Source: Tubiluchus corallicola (lineage: Eukaryota > Animalia > Priapulida). From it: 64,000 nucleotides of DNA. Position numbers and translations under genes: made by a program. The notes beneath the pieces were generated by a model that was not told where the DNA came from, made no database searches, and saw only the letters and a list, made by a program, of their open reading frames with translations. The stretch is from assembly GCA_030141605.1 (NCBI GenBank), contig JAQGDQ010000277.1:62001-126000 (forward strand), given 5' to 3'. Shown here piece after piece: positions 25,938-39,782 of the stretch. Within the stretch, counting starts at the first letter, position 1. The number at the start of each line of letters is the position of its first letter.

Positions 25938-27539
25938 CACATGGAAAATGCAATTTAATTAGAAGTACTGGCTGGACAAACCTTCACAAAATGTAAGGCT
26001 CTGTGCTAGTTCTATGTCTTATTTTAAAAGATTACCCTTCAATAAATAAATAAGTAAATAAATGAATAAAAAAATAAGTAAATAAATTATTAAATAAATA
26101 AATAAGTAAGTAAATAAATAAACGAACAAATGGACGAATCTTTCATTTTACATTATGTTTACATAACGCAAGCATGGCAAAGATTATCCTTGAATATGAG
26201 ATACCAGTCCTGCTACAACCATCCACATCAAACAAGCAGTTGAATGCTCCACTATGGCTTGCAGAGTAGCGAACAGTATAATACAGATTTAAGGGTGACA
26301 AATATAATTTAAATTTTTTTAAACCCTTTATAGGAGCTTAATGAAGACTGCCACTTTAGACACCCTTTTTCAGTATTTAGACCTTTTAGCAGCAGTGAAA
26401 TAACCTTGCATTGCACGTGTGATTATATCGCGTGATGACGCAACATCAATAAAATCATTTTCATTGACACAAAGAGCAGAAGACAACAACAACCAGCCTA
26501 CATTTTTACGCCAGGTTGCCTGTCCATTAATGTCTAATTTAATATTAGCAGCTGAAACCTTGATAGGCGATTTTACATCTGCCCTCTGGCTTTCAAAAAG
26601 CAATTCTCTTTTGTTATTCATAATAGTGTACACGTGTTGTACACGTGTCACGTTAATTTTGATTGTTACCCATGATTTTCTGCGCAGCATGATCTCCGTT
26701 GTTTGTTTTTTCTAGTAGTCTTATATATCTTTATGAAACCGCAAACGCAAAATGTTTTAGAAATCGTTAATTCGTGCATTAAAAACATATAGTTTGTAAA
26801 CAGTAAAAAGTCGCATTGCGTTTTTTTGTTTACTAAGTTACTACATATTTTCGCTAATTGTATCTAAAATAAATACTAGTGACATATAACATACTAAAAG
26901 ATTTAAAAAAATTGCGATTCTAAACAAGTTCGGCTTAAGTGCAGCATAAGCCTGTTATAATCATGTTATTTGACTTAGGAACTTTTGAGCATAGGTAAAC
27001 AATAACATCAACAAGTTCTGCGCATAATAAAAAAAGAGAAAAGAGTTTGCCATACAAAAATCGAACAGTTATTTGTGTTTGGAGAAAAGTTTGTTTTAAA
27101 ATTTCAATAGCTGCTTACATAACTAGAAAAATTCGATCGTACGAAGTTATTCAATTTTGTATGATCAATTGGGATATATTTAAGGAACATAGATTGTAAT
27201 GCCTACATCAAAAAAGTACTTTTCAGTCTAATTCGGGCCACTCCTTCGCATGCGTTTTCATGCATTTATTTCAACACACTGTCAAACTACTCTACTGGCT
27301 TCAGCAATTGCTACTCATATGTTTATCAATGACAGTGGGCAGGCAAGATACCAATGAACAGGTGCCCAAAACCGACCCTAGTATTCCTGCAGGGAGTGGT
27401 TTGTTAATACCGTTTCATCCGTCTACTAACTAACTGACTGGCTGACTGACTGACGGACTGATTGCTATCTGAATGACGGATTAATCGATAAGCTACTACA
27501 CAAACCTACAATACAAACTTTTTAAGCTTCTTAAGAACG

Positions 27540-27841
27540 TAAATTGAATTTAATAATTAGTTGGATTTTAATTTTGGTTTGAATTTAATATATGTTTGAA
27601 TTTCATAATGATCATTGTCTTTAGGTATGAATTTAATAATGATCATCATTTGGTTTGAATTTAGTAAATATAATTGCTTTCGGGTTGAATTTAATAATGA
27701 TAATTATTTTTAGGTTTGAATTTAATAATGATCATTGTTTTCAACTATGAATTTAATAATATCATTATTTTTAGGATTGAAGTTAATAATGATCGTTCTT
27801 TTTAGATTTGAAATTAATAATGGTCATTGTTTTCAGGTTTG
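27540..27841 (+). repeat. ~31-bp minisatellite (consensus ~AATTTAATAATGATCATTGTTTTTAGGTTTG) whose last copy is the Rx exon-3 splice acceptor
   Basis: Roughly 9-10 degenerate copies; AG dinucleotides at 27773-4, 27804-5 and 27835-6 are spaced 31 nt apart. Confidence 0.85.
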
Positions 27842-28271
27842 GTTTCAAAACCGGCGTGCAAAATGGCGTCGACAGGAGAAAATGGAGGCAGAAAACGAAG
27901 CTCGCTTACAGGAAATATCAGGACTCTCTACCAGCAATATCAAAACAAATGTTGTCAGCAACCTGCTACCCCTAGATCCCTGGTTAACTCCCCCTATGTC
28001 AGCGTCCTGTGCTAGTCCACCCCTTCCTGGCTACGCCACCAGGATGCCAGCTTCAATCAGTGGTTACATTAATCCACCTTGCGCCCCGTTTAACACTGTT
28101 ACCACACTTGACGCAACGGCAACACTACACATGTCTGGGCAAGTGGCGACATCCAGCGACATGATGACATCATGTTCGGATCAACGGAGCAATAGCATTG
28201 TTTCTCTGCGAAGAAAAGCAAAGCAACATGTTGAAAATATTTCAAGTCGCAAGAATCTGTGGCATTATTAG
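27837..28271 (+). CDS. rx: Rx exon 3: homeodomain helix 3, Rx motif and OAR domain
   Basis: ttttcag|VWFQNRRAKWRRQEK; Rx-specific LPLDPWL; OAR SNSIVSLRRKAKQH; stop TAG at 28269-28271. The three exons sum to 1020 nt (339 aa). Confidence 0.97.
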   Translation, partial: VWFQNRRAKWRRQEKMEAENEARLQEISGLSTSNIKTNVVSNLLPLDPWLTPPMSASCASPPLPGYATRMPASISGYINPPCAPFNTVTTLDATATLHMSGQVATSSDMMTSCSDQRSNSIVSLRRKAKQHVENISSRKNLWHY

Positions 28272-28573
28272 CCTGGTCATTTATTAATACACGCGCATGT
28301 GTAAAATGTTGAACCTGTCGCCCAATCGACCTAATTTTTATGTAATTATTTAATTTATGCAATTACTTTGAAAAAAATTGTTGCCGTAGGGCCATCTGTA
28401 TTTTCAGCAATATAGCAAAGTATTAAAAGTTAAATTTTACGTATAAACATAGACTAAATAGGCCTGACTGTGCAGATAATACATTCAACTTATGTTTGTG
28501 ATTAATAGTATAAATATGATAGTACATGTAGTTGCACATATGAGTCAAGGGTACTTTCTTCAATTATTTCGTA

Positions 28574-29260
28574 TCTTCTTTCTCTTTCTCCCTCTTCTCT
28601 TCTCTTCTCTTCTCTTCTCTTCTCTTCTCTTCTCTTCTCTTCTCTTCTCTTCTCTTCTCTTCTCTTCTCTTCTCTTCTCTTCTCTTCTCTTCTCTTCTCT
28701 TCTCTTCTCTTCTCTTCTCTTCTCTTCTCTTCTCTTCTCTCTTCTCTCTTCTCTTCTCTTCTCTTCTCTTCTTTCCTTTCTTCTCTTCTCTTCTCTTCTC
28801 TTTTCTTCTCTTCTCTTCTCTTCTCTTCTCTTCTCTTCTCTTCTCTTCTCTTCTCTTCTCTTCTCTTCTCTTCTCTTCTCTTTTCTGCTCTCTTCTCTTC
28901 TTCTCTTCTCTTCTATTCTCTTCTCTTCTCGCCTCTTCTCTTCTCTTCTCTTCTCCTCTCCTTTTCTCTCCTCTCTTCTCTTCTCTCCCCCTCTCCTCTC
29001 TTTTCTCTTCTCTTCTCTTCTCTCTCTTCTCGTCTCTTCTCGTCTCGTCTCGTCTCCTCTCCTCTCCTCTCTTCTCTTCTCTTCTCTTCTCTTCTCTCAT
29101 CTCCTCTCCTCTCCTCTCCTCTCCTCTCCTCTCCTCTCCTCTCCTCTCCTCCTCTCCTCTCCTCTCCTCTCCTCTCCTCTCCTCTCCTCTCCTCTCCTCT
29201 CCTCTTCTCTCTCCTCTCCTCTCCTCTCCTCTCCTCTCCTCTCCTCTCCTCTCCTTTCTT
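28574..29260. repeat. Near-pure polypyrimidine pentamer array (CTTCT)n grading into (CTCCT)n
   Basis: Direct reading; about 690 bp with very few purines. Confidence 0.95.
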
Positions 29261-31530
29261 ATTGACGATAAGATATTATGACAAAAAGATACACCAGGAA
29301 AATGAATGTGACCACATAAGCAGAGCAGCGTCAACGACTACCACAATCGATGAAGCTGCTGCGACTGCCAACAGTATAGTTTAAATGTGAAAGATAGTAG
29401 AAGCCATGTTATGTCTACATTGTTAAAATTTTCAAATTTTAAAATGTACAACAGAATGTGCCAACCAACCATTATTAGTCACATAATACAACTCATCATA
29501 AGGAAAAAATGATACAATGAATTATGACGGTGAAGATGATAATAATGGTGATAATGACAATCATGGTATAGCGCCAGCAGTGGTCAAGCATGGAATGATG
29601 TAAGGGTGAAGTATGTAATTACAGGGCTCGGTATTAGTTTGTCCACAAAACAAATAACTTTCTTATTTTCCATATATGATGTCAACATATTTCCTGGAAA
29701 TGTAGACCATTTTGTTGCCTAGTTGACCTCTCGACGCGGGCGCCAAAACATTATGTTTATGTCATCCTGTGCGTCTAGTATAGTTTGTTGTTTACAAAAT
29801 CAATATTTGTATGTAAAGTAAAATATACAAGTAAAGTTTGCATGTAAAAGCAGTCATAACTACGGCACAAAAGTTTTTGTCAGTCCTTACGTAAAAATAT
29901 AATAAAATTTACTGTTATTATGTAATAGGTTATGTGTTTGAACAACTACGACAGGTCCGGCTATAATATTCGCAATGTATATTGACAAATTGACAACAGT
30001 TTTAATACTGCGCTATTGTTCTATCCAATCTTATGATTTTTCAGTAGTCTAAAAATATATGTTATCAAAATATAGGTGCAGTAATGGCTAGGTATTATTT
30101 TATAGAGTTGGAATTAGTTGGCTGATGTTTGAATAAAAGGTTTGTAATTACAATTAATTTATACATAGGTATCTAATGCAAAACATATGACCATACTTAG
30201 GTTTATATAATTACACTTGTATAGAGTCTAATATATTATGTTATACAGAGCTGGAGTCACTATCATATGTATTCTAGTCTATAAAATGTTAAGGGAAGAA
30301 AATGGAATTTTAAATTATATCCCATAAGTTATATTACTTAGCATTGTATTTTCCTGTTTGATAAACTTATGTCTTCGAAAAGAAAATTCTTAATTATTTA
30401 AAATATTCGCGCCACCTGACAAAATTGCACTGTATCACTATTCCAGTGTGCACCACTAACTTACCGAAAAAAACCCACAAAACAAGAACACATATCAAAA
30501 GATACAAAGTAATTTACACATTTGTTTAGCTAGCGAAAAGTGTGCAACGAATGCTCTGATTATTTTGTCAAACGCTATGCAATGTTATCTAACCTTGTTT
30601 CAAACGTCTTACAGTTAAAATGGCTGCACCAAACGGTCGTCTTGGGAGTTCAAATGTGTAAGTTTTGTACAGCCAGCGTTACTGTTAACACAAGCTTTGC
30701 ATGCAATATGACAGTATGTAAGTAATACAAAATTTCAAGATGAATTTTTAAGCTTTAGATATAAAGAGTATTTTCTTGTCCTTTAAGATACTAAATACAG
30801 GCCTACTCTTTAGTATTTATAAGCTCTAACCACATGCCATTTGAGTGGTGTATATAGTTCTATGCTAAGGCAAAATACATCTAGTGCACTTCAAGTTTGT
30901 ACATGTGCGTGTATGTAAAGCAATAAAATGTATCATGCATGTACTATTTAATTACAACAACTGAAATAATAATGAAAGCGAACGACGTTTTGTATTTCTG
31001 GTTCTTTAGTTAGAAATCCATCCGAGAGATGGCGCTAAAAAGTTATGATCATGCTTATGACACCCTCATCGGTGTTCACGTCTCTGGCTTCATTGACAAT
31101 TGCAAGAGATGGCGATGCGATTTTACTTTGTTATTTACACATTGTACACGAAATTTAAAAAAAAAAAAAACACTGAAAAAATGCCACTGTTAAGCCTGTG
31201 AGGTCGCGGTTTCATAGACTCGTGCCGAAAACTTGCTGTTGCCCTGCCTAGTGCCTGCATGACGCGTGGTTTTAATAGGTAAAACCAGAGTACTGAATAA
31301 GAATCTCTGTTAGGTAGTTTTAGACTGCGGCAGTCGATTAGTCGCTGGCAAAATGTGCAAAACATAACCAAAATGATATATTGTGGGTACTGTGGGCCTA
31401 TAAAGTTACGTTAACGCGTTTTTAACAGCAAACTGTGCACTGGCGATATGAAGCTCTAACAAAAATATTTTTTTATCAGAGAAGTGTCAATGACAAAATT
31501 TGCACTAGCGAAATTTCGGTAGGTAGAAGG

Positions 31531-31660
<130 letters not shown>

Positions 31661-31734
31661 TGATGTTCAAAAGCAATAAGTTCAAAAACTTTTATGGCCG
31701 TCTGAGGAAAACATGTTAGACAAGTTAGTTCGTA

Positions 31735-31815
31735 TTTACTGGGGCGTGGAATTGAACCCAAGACCTCCCCTGCACGAAAAGCGCGTATGCATTCTCTAAG
31801 TTTATTGCGCACTAA
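31735..31815 (-). mobile_element. Degenerate tRNA-derived SINE head or tRNA pseudogene
   Basis: Minus strand ...gaggtcttGGGTTCAATTCCacgccccag contains a Pol III B-box in a T-arm-like context; no intact cloverleaf. Confidence 0.45.
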
Positions 31816-34800
31816 CTGCATCGTAGTAGGATAAAAATTACAATTTTGTTGCATCCATAACGAAATTTTAATTCACCTGTTACTACACTGGAAACAAATG
31901 TATGCGATTTGTATGCGATGTATGCGAAACAAACGTATACCAAAGCAATATGTGTTTGTAACACCTGTACTGCCATCGTCTCAACTGATTATTGAATTAA
32001 TCGCAGGCGCGCTTACTGAAAATATTTTTCTATTTTTTCTTTTTTTCTATTGTATTTTTTCCTATTTTACAATAGTTAAGTTAATTTTTGTATTAGTTTG
32101 AGGAAGTATTCTCAAGACGTGGCCTCATTGCGTCGTCAAAGTGTTGTTGTTGTTATTATTGTTGTTGCTGCTGTTGCTATTGTTTTCGTCGTCATCGTCG
32201 TCGTCAGCATCATTTTTGCTATTTTTCAATACAAAAATCAAATCAAGTCTTGCGGTAATCTAAGCACATTCATTTTTTATGATAATCTAAGCAATTCAGA
32301 ATCCATTTACCCATTTTCTAGTGTACATCACGAAAAATTTCCGCAATCAACAAAAGTTGTAGGACATTCTGAACACCAAAGAAACAGACCACTAGTTTGA
32401 ACAAGCCTACCATCTCAACACTAGTCGAAAAGAACTTTTCTTTTATTTAAATTTGCGCGTGCATTAAAAACATAAACCACATTTTGCACGCAAAAGCTTT
32501 TGTATGCATAGAAGCAAGAAATTAGCTTCAATTTTAATTAGTTTCAAGTTTTTAACATAATTTTATGTAAATGCCAGTAGCAAGTTTTATGCATTACTTA
32601 TGTATCTTACATGATTGGTGTATGAAAACTGGGGAAAACTTTGCAGTGGTCATTAAATTTTCAGCCATTGTTGCTGATCTGCACCATGCCGTTTGTCACA
32701 ATAAACTCAGGCTTTCAGCTGGGTGCGGAAGGTCACCCTTGTAGACGGGAGGGCGTGTATTTCTAACATGAACGGGTTATCCGCCCATTCACAAAATCGA
32801 TGGATTTAACTCAATTACACAAGACTAAACTGTATACAAATTAACCCAAAATGGCATAATTACCAGATTAACGTCCGTCCCTTCATAAAAACCCATCAAG
32901 AACACTGCAAGCCAATCGCCTGCCATTCAGGGTATTATTTGGCCCCACTGTGCCTAATTCGGGGTGCTACATTGTTCAGAAGAGGTTGGGTATTGTTGAT
33001 CGGTTGAGGAAGGCGGGATAAACACTACACGTTGTTCAATAGAATAGACTAATTAATTTAAGAGGAGGAGCCGGGCTTGGTCTGCAAACATGAATGTGGC
33101 GCCAGAAGCTCTTGTGTAAAAGAATTAATGATCAACGATCACCGAGAGTTTCATTATCAACAATTAATATTTTTGCTAAATTTGATTTTGTATGAGGTGG
33201 CGATATTTTGTGGGAAAATCATGCAAATGGGAAATTTTGGATTCTTGGAGCTGAGACGAATAAGACTATACACGAAAACCAGAATGTCTTTATGGCCAGT
33301 ATTTTCATATTCATCATAAAATTTCATTAACATTAAAAGAAAATGTGTCAATGAAAAAAACAAATAAATTTGCAACATTAGTTTTACGTGTTTCTGTTTT
33401 TACAGAAGCCCAGCTCTACAAATTTATCTTTTTTATTTATCTTATTTAATTTTAGCTGAGACATTCTACAAGTCGATATGCAAAAAAGTTTAGCTACGCC
33501 TGTTTTAGTCTAGTTGCCTTCTCCATCCAACTAACTTCTTAATTGCAATCATTATTTTATACTGTAAGACGTGCATTTATTATAATAATCATATTATACG
33601 TTTGAGTTAAATGTTAATTATCATGCAAAAGCAATGCAATGCAACGCAACGCAATGTAATACAGTAAAGTACATTATTTATATCGTTTCCAGTAATACCA
33701 AATTTTGTGATCCGTGGAAATTCGGGGAAATATTTTCTTCGAGCATGGGGTCCCTTGAGAAGCCGTAAAAATATTTTGGGGTTTGGTGCGATTTTTGTAG
33801 AAATGTTTCCTCACTTGCAGCTATAGAGATGAACTACAGGTTGCATAACTTACGCAAGAGCTTACACACAAAATTCATTTTGAAAACGACTTTTTGCCTT
33901 TTGTTATTGATAACTGAACTGTGCACTTCCGAATATTTTTAAATTTAAATTTATCCGTCTCATTGTATTAATCATGTATACAACGTACCACTAAGTACAT
34001 ATAACTGTAGCTGAGACTGGCGGTGGTTTTGCAAAAAGTGATTTGAGCTAAAGTCAAATGAAATAAGATCCATCGACATGGAACGAACTGTGTTCATTTG
34101 TTTCTATGATGAATAAATCACAGGTCAGTAAACACTGGTAAACAACCAAAGTAACAAAGTACTACAATCTCCCCACCTTTTTTGATGTTCACGATCTTAA
34201 TACTGCATTAAATTATAAAATCTTGACGTTGGTTGCACGATTAGAGGTAAAACGGCAAACAATTTATTTTACGCTGACTATATGGTGCTTATTGCACCGT
34301 GTCCAGCCTGCCCTACGGATACTGATCATAGTGCAATGTGCGTACAACCATACACTATAACTTTCAGGGTAAAAAGTCTAAATGTATGTTTATTTTAGGG
34401 AAACAGTCCACTGAATGCCCACACCTAGCTTTATTTTGAACAAATCGTCCTAACTGTTGCAAAGTATACGATTATATAGGTATCAAGTCACAGACCATCA
34501 AAGCGATGATTGTGCGATAAAATTCAGACAAACATGTTTTACACTAGGATAAATACGTTATTCTTAAAATTTGCATAATGTGGTCAGAATACTAAAATAT
34601 TTTTGTTCATAGCTTACACCTGCCAATGCGTTAATTAGTATTATATACTGTGAAGCCATATATACACTACACAACATCTAATTTGTAGAACAAATGGTAG
34701 AATACACGCTTTTCACTAAATTATTAAAATGGTTTGTGTAAATATGCTTTAAATATGTAAATCAGGAACTTATTAGTTAATCACCTATTTTTTCTGTTGT

Positions 34801-37800
34801 TGTAATTATTATTGCGATTTACCTAAAGTCTATATTGTATGTATGTATAATACTGATGTGTACGGAATAAACATTACTATATTATACATATTGCTCCCAA
34901 TGTTGTTAAAATTGCCTGGGCGAATTTAATATCCTACTAAATCACCTGCTACGGGTGTAATTCTCGTAACAGGTATATAAATTCGAAATGGTATGGTATG
35001 GCGACTTTTTACAGTTTCTGGCTCCTATAAAAACATAATTACATCTTTCATATACTCTGAAGATATATTTATGAAGCCAAACATTATTAATAATTAGCAG
35101 ATAATCAACGCAGATTACTAATTGGAGGCATTATGTCGCTGATCGCTGCTCTAGCCGCTATTGTACAAAATTCAATTTAAATGTATTTACACACCCACAA
35201 GAGCTGCTCGAGCCGTATAATTTGCGCATTATTCAATCAGCCTATGTAAAGTTCATACCCCCGTCATATACATGGGCAGATGTCTTGTGCAGAAGCCAGA
35301 GGGTATGCGTAATGAACGGTATTCAGCTTGGAGTGATACGAAGTAATTTGATGTAATCTAGCCCTAATAAATGAACTGATGACACGGTTATAGGACGCTC
35401 ATTTACAAATTAGGCATTGCTGATACCCCGGGCGCATCCATACTCAGTTACTGATAGAAGAAAGAAAATCGGCCTGTAAAAATTAACATCATGACTGTAC
35501 ATCTTTCAATTTGATCTGTGACATGTTACATTCAATCATTCACAAGCAATGTAATATTAATTTCATTTCAGTTTAAAACTAACGCTCCTATATAGGGCAC
35601 ATTTCATTTCATTGGAGGGAAAGTAGAGTTGAGATACTACACACAACGGCCCGCAGTTCTAAATAAAGGAAGGTTTGTATTTGTTACTTCGTAATGTCAC
35701 TTTTGAATAACCATGCACTGCTAAAGCTGGCATCTTAATTTCACATTTAATCTGACTGCACTGCCCAAGTGTTTGATTTAAATTGTTTTAATTATTGTGC
35801 TACATCTTCACAATTTTGTGTCTCAGTACGTATGTAATAATATAACTAGTTTCTAAAATAAAAATATGATGGATCCTGTAACTTATAAATCAGTTTCTTT
35901 CTTTCTAACAGTCTCTCTCTCTCTCTCTCTCTCGCTCTCAGTGAGTCGTTTTTGCTAACCTTAAACTGAAACCTAAAATCTAACCTAATTAATCTTAAGG
36001 GCTAATATATTTAACTTAATGGCGATTATGACGATTATGATTATGACAAAGATGCCGACATCAGTAGTGAAGATGCTACTGCTGTTGATGGTGATGATGT
36101 CGAGGACAATGATGACGGCAACGGTGATGATGATGACGATCATGATTATGATTATGACGACATGATATTTCCAATACTAAACCTGGTAATCAGTGGTGAC
36201 GATGTCGAGGGCAACGATGACGATGATTGTTATGATTATGATGGTTATAATCACTATAATATTTTCACCTCAAAAACCTGCTGATGGTGGCAATAGTTAA
36301 GACAGAAACGATGATAGCAATTGCAGCATAAAAACTTCCATTATGATGTGCTTCAAACATTTTCTCATCACATACTTCTTCATTTTGTTTTGTAGTGAGT
36401 CAATTTCCCTCATTGATGTGTTCACTGAAGTAGTCATTACAAAATGGCTTCATTAGAATGATAATGAGCTGAGATAGTGTAACAAATGCAGGCGCACAGA
36501 CAGCTACTCAGAGCAAGTTACTGAATATTGCCGTATTGGTTACACGAAATTGCTTTTGATATGATTTGCTTGTAGAATCGCTAACCAAAAGGGGCGCTTC
36601 TAAGCATCAGCTACAACAGTAGCACTCAGTAATACCAACTGAATGTAAGACTGAACAGAAATTTGTGTGTATATACGTTTCCATTAAACCATATATGGGT
36701 TATCTACAGTTAATATGCATGTAGTAACAAAAAAACAACAACAGCTATTGCACAGCTTGAAGTTATTTTATTTTGATGATGCAACTATCATTTTTGTGAA
36801 CTATTTAACTACACTTGAAATTGGAAATAGAAGTTTAGTTGTTAAATAGCAATAACAACGACAATGACAATGATAACAACGCAGCAGTAGCACAAGCAAT
36901 ACAAAAAACCAGAAGAGAAACATAATTGCGCAAAATTTCATTAATAGTTCATGTCTTAAAAACTGCTTTACAACACAGATTATCAGATTTTTGTTATCTG
37001 GTAGTACGCCACAATCATCTAAGTTTTCTTACCCGATGTTCTTTAAAACACTACATAACTTGGTACTTAGTGATTAGTACCAATTATACACCATTAAATT
37101 TATTTTACACAACATTTCAATATTTGCTAGGAAACATACAAGAAAGTATACTTTAATTCCTGTAGTCTTCCTTATGTTTATGTACAGTTAACAACTTTTT
37201 GGGCAGTTTATGCTTATTCCCCATTTTTTCTGTACGCTATGTGCCAGGTGACTCATATTTTGATCCAACAAGAATTCTTCGTCTATTTTCGCAGTGTGAA
37301 TAAATAATGTAACTCTGATGTCAAGCGACTCAAATTTATACGACTTGTAGGAGTAGTTCTTCCCTGCTTGCCAGTGATTTCTTACGGCAACGTGAATCAC
37401 AAAACAATTTATTTTTTTGATATATTAATAACACGCAGCGCTGGGAAATCATTGGCCCACAGTTCAAAAGGGAGGCTTGCACTTGTGAAATCGGATTAAC
37501 TGTTTTTAGTAACGTTTGAGGCGCAGAGGCTGTGAGCTAGGGATGCCAAAATCGTAGGGTACACTCCCTAGATGTAAAGAGAACTACATTTATGTGTGAA
37601 CCAGGAATGCTGTATCAAAAGTCAAGGGGTAAATTTTTACATTTACTAAATTCGCTTTACTAGAATACCATGATTAAAAGGTTGCTTACTTGCTATACAT
37701 CATTTTACCAGGTAGGTAACAGTTCACTATACCTATAGCGGAAAGTGGCGTATTGGGCCTATGACAAATGCATGATTCTTTAGCATAGAGGAAATGCATT

Positions 37801-38951
37801 CGCTTTTTGTGCGAGCGGCAGTGGTTCAACGCTGTGCGAAGTATAAGTTGTTTTATTGCTTTTAATTCTATGATTACGTCGTTGGTTAAGTACTGACACC
37901 GGAATGTGCAGTGAGAACATCGACATCTTTATCGTTTGGAGGCAGAAAGGGGAGAAGGAGAAACGAAATGTTTTACTGTGCCCGACCAGCTAACGTAAAC
38001 TTACAATTTTTCATGGCTGTTTACTTACGTTTTATTGCTTTTTATAATAATTGCGTTATTTGAATTAAAATAAAATGATAAATTCAACACCGATTTCAAT
38101 TTGCCCTTATCTTTCGACAGGTATTGTACATGGTGGCTTGGTGTCTTTTCTGATACTATGTTTGTTAATGCGATAGGTTCCGATCTTGTCACAATCACCT
38201 ATTTCAACTAGAAAGCTTGCGAGTGATATATTGTAGCCTGCAGAGTGTCAAGCCGCAAAAAAGAAATAATACGGCGTTAATAATGAAATGGACATTAACA
38301 ATTTATTTTTGTTCAATTTTGGTTCATGCCAGACAAAACGAGATCAAGTGAGATTCGAATTTCGCTCAAGCCACTTTTTTTCTAAACCAGATAACCAAGC
38401 TTTAGTAATTTCTATTCAAGCCAAGTTAAATCTCATTAGAAACTATCTTATTAAGTATAGTGACAAAAATAATGTAAATCATATGAATTCGTTCAAGTAA
38501 CAATACACGGTTTCCCAGATCCCATAGCAGGAAACTCTTTTCGAAAAACTAATGAATTTCATATGCATAAAAATTAATTTGAAAATGCCATCTTTAGACA
38601 ACGTTCCACAAATACATGAATACCTAAATGGCGTTTAGTTATTATATCAGCGCGTTTTTAAGGTTTGAAGGGCAAATTCAAGGACGAGATGCAGCGAGAA
38701 AAATGATTAGGCAAGTTATTATATGCTTTAGAACTGATTAGTTATGGAAAGTATCAAAAGTTTTAGAAAGTGCTAATAGCCTTTATTTAGTCGTCATTTT
38801 TATACTAATAAATATCAACTATTATAAACCATTTAAATATAAGTTACGTGAAAATACAGAGAAGCTAAACATTAAAAATTATTAATATTACATAATTATA
38901 ATACGACATATCTAATTAGAAAATTTAAATTTAAAACAGTGATGGTATAAA

Positions 38952-39165
38952 AATATTTTGAAAATTTTTACAAAGATGACGTATGGAAACAGTGATGATA
39001 GTCAACAAGAATTACGATGAAAGCGACGATGGTTATTCATTGTAGTTCTTGTTGACAATCACTGTTTCCAGCATCTATGCAGCAGCATCGTCACTTTCAT
39101 CGTAGTTCTTGTTGACTATCATCATTGTTTCCATACGTCATCTTTGTAAAAAATTTCGAAATATT
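38952..39165. repeat. Inverted repeat, 80-bp arms (38952-39031 and 39086-39165)
   Basis: The reverse complement of the right arm matches the left arm with about 5 differences; the spacer holds a partial third copy. Confidence 0.9.
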
Positions 39166-39699
39166 CTTACATCATTATTGTTTTACCAGTTTTTTATACC
39201 ATTATTTTATACCAGTCATGATAATCATGATTGTATTGACGTTGACAATGATGGGCACAGTGTTTCGATGCGTAATAGCAATGAAATGGCGATGATACCA
39301 ATCATTATATTAATACCACCAGATTAAAAGATGTGCTAGTTAATTTAACGAAAATAATTCTTCAAACAAATCTATAAACTTTGCTAAAGTTAATCACGTG
39401 CTTTTTAATAGCTATTCTGTAAAATTCTCATTCTACTGATAGAGAAAGAATGAATGAGGTAATCCAATTAGAAGAACAAAACTTTAAGTAATCTCATCTA
39501 CTAAAGAAATAACTGGTTTTACAAGAAAAAGCTCCAACGCTGTACTCTAAGCTCTATTAACGCAGTCCAAACTGAATAAGAAACATTCCTGCGTGAGAGA
39601 TTTGCAGAAATTTGGTCTGACTTGCCTCGCTCACTCGGAAAAAAATGTGGAGATTATCCATGTTTCCAACTTGTTGTCTCTTGTGAGCATAATGGGAGA

Positions 39700-39782
39700 A
39701 TAAATGCCCGGACGAATGTGATAATGCCCGGATGGATGCGCTAATGCCCGGATGAACCCGATAATGCCAAGATGAATAAGAC
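39700..39782. repeat. Four tandem ~20-bp units TAATGCCCGGATGAANNNGA
   Basis: taaatgcccggacgaatgtga / taatgcccggatggatgcgc / taatgcccggatgaacccga / taatgccaagatgaataaga. Confidence 0.85.
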
